Positions 1-11,903 of a stretch of DNA of 64,000 bases are shown piece by piece. The stretch lies in the NCBI RefSeq assembly GCF_964204645.1, contig NC_134029.1, positions 22,004,950 through 22,068,949 of the forward strand, in the 5' to 3' direction. Both the position numbers and the translations under genes were made by a program. Under the pieces are notes generated by a model, which saw nothing but the letters and a program-made list of their open reading frames with translations, had not been told where the DNA came from and searched no databases. Origin of the DNA: Tubulanus polymorphus (taxonomy: Eukaryota > Animalia > Nemertea). Within the stretch, counting starts at the first letter, position 1. Each line of letters opens with the position of its first letter.

Positions 1-1278
1 AAAATAACCAGAATACCAGTTCTTTCAACCACACCAATGTACCATCCTCCTTAATTCGATCCGTTTGAATGGCGATCTCGGTCTTCTTAACGGGCTCGAC
101 CTTTGGTACGAGGGTATCGTCGTACAATGTATAAGCTGCCCTAATCCCGTCTACTATAGCCGTCAGATCATTCGTCACTTCTGTGGATGTATATTCATTC
201 TGACGCTCAGCTACTGGGCAATGTAGATACTCGTCTAAAGTCGAACGGTCGGCGTTGGTCAAAGCTCCAAATTTTGAACATCCTCGGTCTCCGGTAACTA
301 ACATGGTAGATGTGACGGCAGATATCGGTACAGAAATATTCCGCGTTTTGATGTAAACCCCGCATTCAAATTCGGACACCTTCTCAGGTCGATTTGTTTG
401 AGTTTCATTATCAGTGAAATTGATGATGGGAGTTCCGCCGCAAAAACTTTTCACCTCTTTCACTTGAGTTTCAGTTTGCATCGCAAAATCCTCCTATCAA
501 GATAAATGAAGATTTTATGAAAAGTCGCTCGCCAGTACAACAAAATAAAGATAACGTAGATTAGTATAAAAATGATCTAAACAAAGGTTTACCGTTTCTA
601 TGGGTATCTTCTTGATTTTGTTAGTGCGTTTAGTATCTTTATGTTGTATCCAGCCGTCTATGGCACACGTGATAGCATGATTCGGCGGAGAAAACCGATA
701 GAATTTACTGATGATACATTTCTGACGACAAGCGGGACAATGTATCTTCTGTTGCAGTGGATGCAGACCGACATTCTTAGGCCTACAGTGTTCAATAAGC
801 TCTTGGATGCAACTGAAAGAAAATATGCCTTCAAAATGGGCCTATGCCTGACACACTTTTTTAGTAGAATATGTAATGTAATGATTGTTTTAAAGACCGT
901 GAATATGACAAGGTGGATCGTTTATCAAATTAAGTCCATGACGTTCGCCTTCAAGCTATCATACATATAGCCTATCAATAAAAGATAATTTCATCGAATT
1001 GAGTTTTAACCAGTCTCGGCCTATAGCCGCCATAGACTGGGAATTTGTTTTACTTACTTGCGACAGAATGAGTGGCCACATGGCAAGACTTTGGGCAGGT
1101 TGAGATACTCTAAACAGATGGCACACCTCAGTGAAATCGTCCAATGATTTTCTTCATCAATCTCTTCGTCGTCTGAAAAACAACGTCCCGATGTCGAGGT
1201 TCCTGGTTGGTTCGGGGTGAATGCTGGTACATTTGCATTCAGTGCCGCGTTACTCTGAAATATCGGACAGTTCTGCAT
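1..1278 (-). CDS. C3HC4 RING-finger protein (putative E3 ligase), 3' end outside window
   Basis: Exons 1278-1058, 812-593 and 493-<1 join in frame at GT-AG sites. They give CAIC-x11-CGH-SFC-RNC-x23-CPAC, a C3HC4 RING. The third exon stays open to the window edge. Confidence 0.85.
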
Positions 1279-2037
1279 AATATTCTCCAATTTATTCCAT
1301 TCGCTGCCAGCAATTTTGCCCTAGATCGGACGAGATACGAATGCGTCTAATTTTTTCAAAGATGTCACCAGTAACCAAGGGAAATACTGGTCCAGTTACT
1401 AAGGTACCCATGATGCAATACAGTCTTGCGTCACAAGCGCGGCTGGTTGTCAAGAACTTTATTGTGAATTACAATATTCAACGTTCAAATGAATTTCGAA
1501 TTTCTCCATTAATGTATATCCATACATATTGAAGAGTCAAAAGGCCTATGTCACGAAAAGTCTTGTCGAATTAAGTTTCATTGTTTTTTTGTAACGAAGC
1601 ATATGTAGCATATTTCCAAATGTTGAGAGTTTTTTGTAATATAGCCCACCATCTACCAGAGCTGTCTGGCCTTTAACTGCATGCATGGCATCAATCAGGA
1701 TTATTTCATGAAAAGCCTTTCATAACATAGCATATAACATAACATTTATCTATAGCCTTGAAAGTTATACAAATGACATGAAGAAAAATCAGAAAAGCTA
1801 ATACATATAACTTTGACAGTTCCTGATAAACAATTTTATCATAACGGGCACCACCTTTTCATCGTTCGTAGCTTGAACAAATCTAATTTAAGTTCGTTCT
1901 CTCTCAATCGTTTACTTTCCCCAGGGTCCGAAAATCGAATGTTATATTTCACGATGTATATATACAATATAGGATCTAGGAATAGACATTAAATTATGGA
2001 AATTGTCATTTCATATTCATGAGAAACATTTCGCATC

Positions 2038-3084
2038 ATGAATCTGTCTGACAATGGAGCGAACGAAACGCAGTGCGAGCTTCCTCCGTACAGATGGGAT
2101 TACACATTCAGCGTTTATTTGTATATATTTGTTTTCGGTCCATTAGCAACTTTCGGACTCTTGGTCAATCTGGTGACGATCATAGTTTTCGTTCGGCTAC
2201 ATGAACCTTCTTGTCACACGGTTTTGATACTAACCGTCTTTGACTTATTGTTTCTAATCACGGCGTTCACTTTGTTCCCGGCTAGAACTGTGTACGTCTA
2301 CGTTACGATTGGTCACTGGTTATTCCGCTACGACGATTGGCACTTCGGTCAAGATATCATCGTATTCACCATGCCGTTCTTTTACTTATTTCAGATGTCG
2401 CGTAACTGGTCTGTAGTCATAATAACTCTCGAAAGGATGTTCGTCGTGGCTTTTCCGTTGAGTTTCAAGAAATTCTGGACTCACAAAACTGCCAATATAT
2501 CGACACTAGTTATATTATTCATAAGCGCGTTGTTCTATTGGCCTTTTTTCTTTCCCAAAGAACTACCAGGAATTTGGGAAAATAATTGCCTAAAATCCGG
2601 TCAAATCATTTATACGATGGGTCTTAAAACGAAAAGAACAGAAACGCCGTTTAAATATCCGGCCTCGTATGAAAACAGAAAGCTCTATTTTCTATTCGGA
2701 ACGGTTTTGATTCCTCTCGGAATCATAGCTATCAACAGCATAGTGCTGGTCGTTACCACGACATCAGCGCGTCATAAACGACATAACATCACGACGAATA
2801 TAACATCCGATAAAAAACAACAACGACAAATAATGAAAATGTTGTCTGGTATAGTTCTTATATTTCTACTTTGTGAAATACCCGGTTGTTTAGATAGACT
2901 TATAACTCTTTTCGCAGGCTGGTTAATGAATATGGATGCGAGAATGGTTTTACGAAAAGTTGCCCTTTTTATGACTGTCCTCGATTCGACTTTGAATTTC
3001 TTGATGTACTGCGTGGCGAATAAAAGATTTCGATCCACAGCCGTTCGAACACTGAAACTCGAAATTCTTAACAGAAATACATAG
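2038..3084 (+). CDS. Intronless class A (rhodopsin-like) GPCR, FMRFamide/peptide-receptor-like
   Basis: 348-aa ORF with seven hydrophobic segments and N-terminal NxS/T sites. Motifs: TLERMFVVAFPL (DRY variant), FLLCEIP (TM6), DSTLNFLMY...KRFR (NPxxY variant plus helix 8). Confidence 0.9.
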   Translation: MNLSDNGANETQCELPPYRWDYTFSVYLYIFVFGPLATFGLLVNLVTIIVFVRLHEPSCHTVLILTVFDLLFLITAFTLFPARTVYVYVTIGHWLFRYDDWHFGQDIIVFTMPFFYLFQMSRNWSVVIITLERMFVVAFPLSFKKFWTHKTANISTLVILFISALFYWPFFFPKELPGIWENNCLKSGQIIYTMGLKTKRTETPFKYPASYENRKLYFLFGTVLIPLGIIAINSIVLVVTTTSARHKRHNITTNITSDKKQQRQIMKMLSGIVLIFLLCEIPGCLDRLITLFAGWLMNMDARMVLRKVALFMTVLDSTLNFLMYCVANKRFRSTAVRTLKLEILNRNT

Positions 3085-3223
3085 AATATTGAATACTTCT
3101 TCTTTTGTGTAGTATTTTGATATATGCATAAAGATTGAAAAGCATAAACCATTTGCTGATCCGATTGTCTCATTTTTTAATGATATAGAAAAATCATCGG
3201 AAAAATATTTCTTATGTAACTTT

Positions 3224-4342
3224 TTAGTCGCTCTCGTAGTAGTACGCGAATTGTTGATATTGACTCGGATATCGTTCATAAAGAAAACACTGATTACGGT
3301 CGACATTTGAGGTTTCGTTCTGGTAGAGATTCTCAATAGATTCGTGAACAAATCTCCTGTTATCATCAGAAACTGGTGTAAGCACATCCGTGATTATCGG
3401 TTGCTGATCGTATACATCTTTATCGATGATCTGGCCTTTTATCGGTTCGTTGTTTTGCAGATTTTCTTTGGGAGCGGATGGTTCCGGTCGAGTTTCAATT
3501 TCTTCAATGAATTCGACGGATGTCCATCGTAGGTCGGTCGCCTGTCTGTAAAACGAAAGCGGTCGGACACGAGACACATCTTGTCGGGCTACATTATCAT
3601 CGCGACTCACTACTGGAAGAAACCATGGAAGTTATGCATGAATTGTGTATTCTAGATCGATTAACTAAGTTAAAGCGTTAATTAGAAATCAATGGTCTTA
3701 CCGCCAGCGCGGTGGAATTTATAGCTAAAATAAGCGATCAAAACGATGACGATTACGGTGACAACTATAAGAACAAGTAAACCGGGAAGTAGACCAAATA
3801 TTCGTGTTCTCCATCCAATTTCATTCAGTCTGGTGAATAAAGAAAGCAAATATAAAACAGCCATAGGCTGGCACCCATACTGAACAGTCAGAGCCAGAGG
3901 GATTTTATAACTGCTATTTGGAAACGATCTAAACAAATCCTTAATGAAATGTTCCATGATTATCTTATTCAACAGTCCAACATTACATGCAGGACGTACC
4001 CGCATGACTGGCGTTGATGTCCAGTTGATACTTGGTTGTCGACGATATGAATTCGATTCTCAATCTCAACGCAGCAATACTTATGATAGTTTTTCCAACA
4101 GCAATACGTGTCACATACGCGTTCTTCATACCATCGACGATTGGTACTACTGCAGTAGCCTGTACAGGTTCTATCATCTGCAATACCATAAGAAAAGACC
4201 AGATTTTTACATCGTTGTCGAAATGGCTGACTGACGCATTTGTACGCATAGTTCTCCAAAGACTACGTCACTTACCCAAGGAAATGATTTTATCCAATGA
4301 AATATTACGTTTAATCGCGTCCGATTGCTTCATATCCTGCAT
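3224..4342 (-). CDS. Shisa-like cysteine-rich single-pass membrane protein
   Basis: Exons ~4342-4276, 4177-4000, 3829-3702 and 3612-3224 join in frame. They encode CTGYC...W....CDTYCC......YCC, a TM segment (LLPGLLVLIVVTVIVIVLIAYF) and a Tyr-containing cytoplasmic tail. The start codon is uncertain and no clear signal peptide is seen. Confidence 0.65.
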
Positions 4343-5186
4343 ATTTCTATATTCTAATATATCCAAAGAACTTTCTCAATATACAAACGGCATGATGCTG
4401 CAGAAAATTACGTATTCACAACCAAAACACATATACATAATCCAATCAAAAATCAATCTTCTTCATGTATTTTTGACATATCTACGCACAATACGAGGCA
4501 TGTCGGTTCTTCATTGATGCAGGTTGCATTTGACCGTGTAGAATTTTCAATGGAAGGAAATACTTCAGTTTTTATGCACAACATCATTGTTTAATTGCGT
4601 CTAATGAATTCAGGCCAGCAATGCAGCGATGCCATGTCACTAATTATACAGAAGCCATCTACTTGATTCGTAGAAAGATCGTAAACTTTTGATGATACTT
4701 TTCCTTCCTACCAGCAATTTGAAGCATAGCAAAATTGAAAAATGGGGAGAGTGCACGTATCATTTAAGATGACAAAATGTTACATAAATGAGTAAGTATT
4801 ACAGTAATGCAAAGGTCAATTTGTGCAAAATTGATGGACTTCAGGACCCTTTGTAGTGGGGGAGCTGAAGCCCACCCCCTCACTACTACGGCCCATAAAG
4901 GTTAAAGAAGCGTGTAATAAAAACTTAATGAAATACTAAGATATTTATCAAAATTTATTATTGCGGGATAAGTTACGAGCATGTATATATAAGTTATCGC
5001 TGTAGCACATTTCTTACTTTGTTATTACAGGAACATTTAGGTGAATTTTTTTTAAAAATCTTTTTAGAGTTTTATTCGTGTCCACAATTAAATCTTGTTG
5101 CGAATCATTTCGTCGGTGGTCCTCGTTTTGAATAGCATGTTTATGATAACATATGAACCATAGATTTATGAATCTGCGAATGTGGC

Positions 5187-7949
5187 TCATCTTATGATTC
5201 GAATTGCGACCCTTCCTCTCGATAGAATCGACCCTTCTTCCTTTTCACATAAACCTGGCAGCAAATGGTAATCAATGTCCGCGCCTGTCATCGGCTGCGA
5301 CCTGAAAGGTACGTGGAGTTCGTCCGAAAAACTGGACGCGTCCACGCTCAGTTGTAACGGTGGATCCAGGAGTACCATTTGCCAACAGAGCATACACGAA
5401 TCTATGACGTACTTCCGGATGACTTGGCTCTCGCACACGGCGGGCAACATCATACGCGGGTTACTTTCTAAAAGTCTGGCAAATACGCTCTGCAAAAGAA
5501 TACAGTATATATTAGCATATGGTAGAAATTCACGTAAATAAATAGGATCTCGATATCAATATTACGTTAACGATAGAAGTGACGTCGGCCAAATTCGAGT
5601 TTAGTGACGCTACGTGGATCGCTTGTTTGAGAATGCTCTCTGGTACCATCATAGGTTCCTTTCGCTGTTTTGGAGCCGACACCTGGAAAATGATTATTAC
5701 ATGAGAAATGCTACGGTGAAGAATTTATGGAACATTCTGTTTACCGGTTACCGTGTTCTTACCATTTCAAATATAGTTATATTTTCTTGTACGCTAGGCC
5801 GCTTGCTTCTAATTTTTTTGGTCTTTTGTGTGCACGAATCGTCAAAAGGATTTAGAATTGACAGTTTTAATCGTTCAATGAACTCGTCCCTTTTTGTTTC
5901 GCAAACTGCATAGGATTCCTTAAAAACACGAGAATAACATTAATTCATGGCAATGCTAGCACGATGAAGAACGAAAAGGAGGCTCCTCATACCACTATGA
6001 TGGCACACAGCAGTTTGTATTTCGATTTGTCGTCGTGAAGTCGGTGAATATGATCTAACTCCGTCTTCGCCTCGTTCAGCGTCATTTTATCGAGAAGAAC
6101 ATGCATATCTTTCAACGCTGAAACAGTTTCGGAGCGATGATTCGTTACAGCGTCTTCCTTGGGTGGTTCCGACTGCGAAGAACTCTGAGAGCTGAGAAAG
6201 AATGAATGTACATCACTCAAAAGCTGTGTTAATATTTGATTTAAAACTCCCAACTATTTCGGGAGCAGCAATCTGGGGTGAATTTAGGCTCCCGGCCGTC
6301 TCCGGAGCGGCAGGTATAGGGTCAACATGTACATAGTAGACTTACATTTTAGCTGCCATTTGCTGTACTTTCAACTTATCCAATTCGTGTTTTGTAGTGC
6401 TTAACTCTTGCGTCAATTCTTCTATTCGTTTATTCGCGTCGTCCAAACGCGATTGAATTCTAACAAAAAACAAACCGAACGAAAATTATCGAAAAAACGA
6501 TATCAAAATGACGGCAACCGGTGAAATCATTTTTTACAGACCCGTCGCTGTTATGTGATGTGGTGACGTTTTGTGCATTGCTATCGATGATGATCGAACG
6601 TCTGGCAGTTTGTGACATGGCAGCAGAGTCTCGCAATCTCTTCAAGTCCGACATCAATTGCTCCTTTAAGTTTATGTCATAATCAGGTGAAGGCGAAGGC
6701 GTCGAGGACCTATCACAATATAAATAAACATTTATACATTTTCAAACCAGGACAATTGTTATAACATAACCGGCGTGATTATTTGGGTTAAGAGCACTGA
6801 TTTGCGCGTACCGTGGTGGGGTTGACAGTTTAGGGGAAGGCATGCGGCAATTACTCGCTTTAACTACAGGAGAATCGTTGTTTGAACCAAGAGGTTTCGC
6901 CAAAAGTAGGTCATCACGATGACGTAAAAACTGCGTAATACGCTGGTTATCCGCGGCCATCCTCTGTATGACGTCACCTTGGTCCAATAGATGATTGAAA
7001 AGCTGAAATAAATAAGGCAACTTAAATTGATCGGTAAAGAACAGAATTCTTTTAATTTCCTATAGTTCTTTGCCTACTTTCAAATGTATTGTATGACAGA
7101 ATTATCTGTGCTCAGATTTCAGAAATAAATCACGATTGGTAGAACACTATATCCGTGTTGACGCGATGAGGAGAGAATCCCACAATGATAATAAAAAGTC
7201 CGAAAAAGAAACTTCGAGATAGTAGTTTATTTCAACGTATCGACTATATCCTAATAGTCATCTTCAGGAATAATAGTCGATACGTTGAAATAAACTACTA
7301 TCTCGAAGTTTCTTTTTCGGACTTTTTATTATCATTGTGGGATTCTCTCCTCTTCAGAAATAAACTTTGATATGGTCTTCACTCACCTCGATTATTTTGG
7401 CTATCATTTCGGTGCCCAGCTTGCTCGGATTAACTGTACGGAAGAACTGATATTTTGGCCAATGAGTGATCAGTTTGTCGACCGTAGTGTTGAATTTACG
7501 GAGCAAATCCATGCGACTGTCGATTCGGCTGGGGACGCAGTCGGCATCATAATCTGCAGGTGGGATTCTTGTACCCGATAAAAACCGATACGACTAAAAG
7601 ATAGATAAGGATTATAGCAAATTGAGATTCAAATGAAATCGAACAATAGATTTATAGATAGCTGTATACAAACCAATGAATCTGATCCTGCAGTTGAATT
7701 CGCACCCAATACAGGACTCGATGATGTCAAACCACCTTCCGCAGCGCCGGAAATTCGGCGAAAACCTTTGATATCATAGGACACATCTTTAAGATCAGCT
7801 TCCTGTAACGAATGTCTCTTCATTCGCGCAGCTTCCTTATTTTTCTTTTTCCGTTTGCTGTTCTCCGATCCACTGACCGATTGAGATCGGTCACCTTTGT
7901 TTCTGCTTGAATCGTGGAACGGCGACTCTTTCGACGCGTTGGAACCCAT
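5187..7949 (-). CDS. Mieap (SPATA18-type C-terminal domain) coiled-coil protein, multi-exon
   Basis: Exons include 7949-7674, 7593-7387, 7002-6812, an exon starting 6709, a coiled-coil exon starting 6459 (IQSRLDDANKRIEELTQEL...) and last exon 5489-5187. The last exon encodes YVIDSCMLCWQMVLLDPPL...HVPF...IDYHLLPGL...ILSRGRV, the Mieap C-terminal pattern. Some internal boundaries are unresolved. Confidence 0.72.
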
Positions 7950-9939
7950 CTAAGTCGAGAGAAGAAGAAAATGAATATCTGTGTATTCTATATACCGACC
8001 CGAACGCCATTCGACATCCAATGATTCTTGAAAAAAGTACGTCAGACATATACTTAATCATTATCAATTGATCTAACTTGATTTATGTTGTCAGCGCTGC
8101 TCCGAACTCACCTTGGATCCAGATTTTGACAGCAACCTTGACACTATCACAAGGTCGACTCCTGGTTGTGACCGATTACTGTAAGTTTATAGCAGCAGCA
8201 GTTATTTCGGATCCGTTCATGATTAATCTGTCATAAAACTGTCCGGTATACCAGCGCCGTAGTAAACATACAGTTCATCGTATATATGTTTAACTGTCAC
8301 TGCTGTTTGGTATGTTGCAGGCTAGGTCAGTATAGATAGTGTGTTCAACTATCGCTAGGCCTCATGAACGTTATCTCATTTATGGCATACATTCCCATTA
8401 CGAGTGCGCGGTTTGGATGTATTTTTCTTTATTTATCTAACACAATAAATCGTATTAATGATTTTATCATTACGAGTCGAATGAACGCAACGAGCTTTAA
8501 GAACTGAATGTACTTACATTTACCAGCGCGAAAACCCGAAAAACCCTCTTAACAAAGTTATGAACGATATGTGATATGCGCGTAGCAATCAAAATGTAGT
8601 TATGCTGTTCGAATGATCAACGATTGGAATGAGGAAGTTTTTTTTGGGTTTGCAATACTACGTATAACATAACCAGTTAAAAATGTCACTGTCAGAAAGC
8701 TGGTGTAATAAAAAATGTCCATATTCTCTCCACAACCGGATTCCGTAGAGACGACTGTTCGACAAATCACTCAGTCGCGATAGCCTGGAACGGGTGTTTT
8801 TTTCCACCCAGTCCAGGAAGTGGTTGTTGTCCGCAGAGATCTGCGTCGCTCTATGATCCTAGTGTACACTAAGGTTCTTTGTGAAGTGTTTTTTTTTATA
8901 TATCAAATCAACTTAAAACAAAACAATAACTTTGACTCGAACTGGGTGTTATCATTTGGCAAGAACACGGAATTTTTTCGGCTTTTTCCGTCGATATAAT
9001 GATAACAGCGATATGATAAACGGGGCCAAAATAAGAATTTCTTTGTTTTCGCGCAAAAAATTGAATTTTAGAGAATATTCGAACTTTTCTCAACTATAGC
9101 TCATTTGCATATCAAGAATGTAAGGCCCGACAGCTACCACACTTCTCTCTAATCCGTTTTTTAATGCATATGATAATTTCTTAAAATTTGACCAAACTGT
9201 TGTAGGCCTAAGGACAACTTGCGACTTTCACAAAATTGGTAAATTATTTGTACGCCAATCTGCATATCGAAGGTGATCCAATTAGTCACGGTAAGCAAAT
9301 TAAAAACAGCGGGACGTGAATAGAATCGTTTTTGTCTCAAATCCAATGAACCCCAGGCAGTACATATATTGTACTGTAATAAGTCCATTCATTATAGATA
9401 TCGTTTTATGTATGTGTACAATAAACAGACATTCCGCAGACCGTTCAAATTCCTTTCTCAATACTAAAATAACACCAGTACAGTTCGAAGGACTCCAACC
9501 GGCAAAGTACAAGAAAATAGTCAACGTGGGAATATCTATTTTCATTTTAATATCACTATTCGGTATAAATGTTTTTCGTTCTCAGATGCAGACGGATAGA
9601 CGCTTGACGTGACGTCATCGCTTTGTGACGTGGTAAGTAATTTTTTATTCAATGTTAGTCATGATATCACCATCAAAACGTTGACTCCTAAACACGTATT
9701 GCTTGACCAGTGCCGTAAAACTATAAGTACGAATGAACCACCTTTCATTTCCTAAAATGTTGGAACTGATAATATATATATAACTAGTCATTACAAACAA
9801 ACAGGAGCTATTTGGTGATATCTGGCGTATTGGTGGAAAAGAATAGAACATTTTTCTCTGTTTTTCTCTGCAATTTGGTCTCGAATAAAGTAAGTTTGAA
9901 AATATGCACATATTTTAAACGAGAACTAACCAAACAGTG

Positions 9940-10147
9940 ATGATCTTACCCTTCAAACAGACAACAGAAAATTCTGGAAAACAGAAAGTTGGGAAAATTC
10001 TGGACAGAAAAGTCTGGAAATATTTCTGGAATTCTGTGAAGCGTCAATTCTGGACATTTTTCTGGATTTTTTAAGTCAATACTTAAATTCCTTAAGGTAG
10101 CAGGGTGGGAACCCAGAACCCCAGCGCCCCCTAGATACGGGCAGTGT
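9940..10147. repeat. Interspersed repeat / MITE remnant with internal (TCTGGA) units
   Basis: Recurrent ttctgga/tctgga units followed by gcgccccctagatacgggcagtg, which resembles the terminus of the element at 24887-25099. Confidence 0.4.
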
Positions 10148-11903
10148 AGTCTCCGTGGCTGCTGCTTTTCCAATCTTTATTTCAATTAAAAGAAGCTGTC
10201 TGCGTTGAATGATATAAGCTAGATTTATTGGTTCACATGCGTAAAAACGAACATTCTTTATTCTGATGTTATTATACCCAGCGGCGACGATGTGATTTCA
10301 TATTCGCGGCGAGGTTCGTTGTTATATTTCACTGATGACTAATTATCAAGTATAAGAATGAAACACGAGCTTTTGCTGCTAGAACCGAGAGTAGGAACAA
10401 TGCATAACGCGAACAATGATTCACGTCCAGTAAATCGATGCCGTCAAATAATCAGAATACTGTTCTTCTCTTATCCTCTCCTATCGTTCACCGTCGGTGT
10501 ATTTACACGGGATCGACTTCGTCGGACGCCACTAAACAGTATAGATTTACAGGTAAAAATGATAGCGACTCCGATATACTCTCGAAGTGAATGTGTGGGT
10601 GGTTTTGATAACATTTTGCCAACGTTTGTACTATACGCCTATACGTAACTCATTCAACCATAAGAGGTACGTTTTCCTGGATATCTATCTGCATTTTCAA
10701 GGGTTATCCCGTATGTTACATTTTTTAAAGGCAAAGAGAAAGCCAGAAATAAACACTGACATTTCCAACCTATCTAACGACTGTTTCCACTATAGGGGTT
10801 CACTCAATGCCCTGCGTATCTTCTTCTGACTGTTCGGCGGATACTTTTTTTGCTGATTTTCTTTTCTTTCACTCGGTGCGCATCCTTTTGTTTTCTGGAT
10901 TTTGAGTTGGAAATGTGCCACATAAGTTAGTTATATATAACGTGGAGGTAGGGGGTTAGTGTAAATACATAAAGTTAGACGGTTAGGTATGCACACACCT
11001 GGATGTCTCTAATACATACAGGATACATTATTCAGCTTACTTATAATTTCTAGATCAAATCTAAAATAGAAAAGGTATATTTTCGTTGTAAAAAAGAACC
11101 TACTTTTCGCCGTTGTATATAATATGTAGGTAAATGATTCCGAACTCAAATTAAGTTATTTTCAATCATTTGAATGACGGAAATGTTTATACACTAACAT
11201 TTACACAATTTTGGAACTGGCTCCTGTTATTATTATTTTCCGCTTCAACAACAACTTATTTATCTTGGCAAATACCTGGCAAACCGGTGGTCTTGTTGAT
11301 CTCCAATATTGACATATGCCCGCGTGGTTCGGCGACCGAAGTCCACTCCGTACTGATGTCAGAAATAGACCATAGATAAATAGACCTGATACAGAGATTT
11401 ATGTATTTATGACCCTAATTGCTAGACCAAGCATTGCATAATGTCGTTGATATATCGACTACATCTACATATACATGATAATCGCCATATTTTGCCACAA
11501 AGCCTTAGTGACAAGAACACGTAAACTGACAATCTATGATTACATTTTGATTACAGTATTATATTTCACCACGAGATTTTAATCTCCGAATTAAAACTTC
11601 TCCCGTATTTTAATTGTAGAATTGATTAATGTTGATATAGATTAGAGAAAGTGAAGTCGTTGTAGTAAGAGTATTCAGTCGGTGGCCGCCATCTCTGGGA
11701 ACGAAACAGGCGCTCCACGTGCGGCGCGAATACTCGCTATGTAAAACTGGCCGTGTGAAGATGAATACTGCGTCATGCTCGTCGAGGCTGAATACCGGTT
11801 AAAGGTGGATTATTTGTGGAACTAATCAAACAAAATGAACTTATTGATTTGTGAGAAATGTACACGGATTTAGCATAATTCACTAATAGAAGCCGCCTTC
11901 CTC

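Noticed and set aside
3983-4517. ORFs 3983-4249 (-) and 4032-4517 (+) as standalone genes
   Set aside because: The splice phase at the 4000 donor fits only the Cys-rich frame; the others have no recognisable features.
11671-11795. 10-bp stem (gtattcagtc/ggctgaatac) enclosing GC-rich sequence before the ENaC ATG
   Set aside because: Only one convincing helix; the interior is better explained as promoter motifs (YY1-like GCCGCCATCT, E-box CACGTG).
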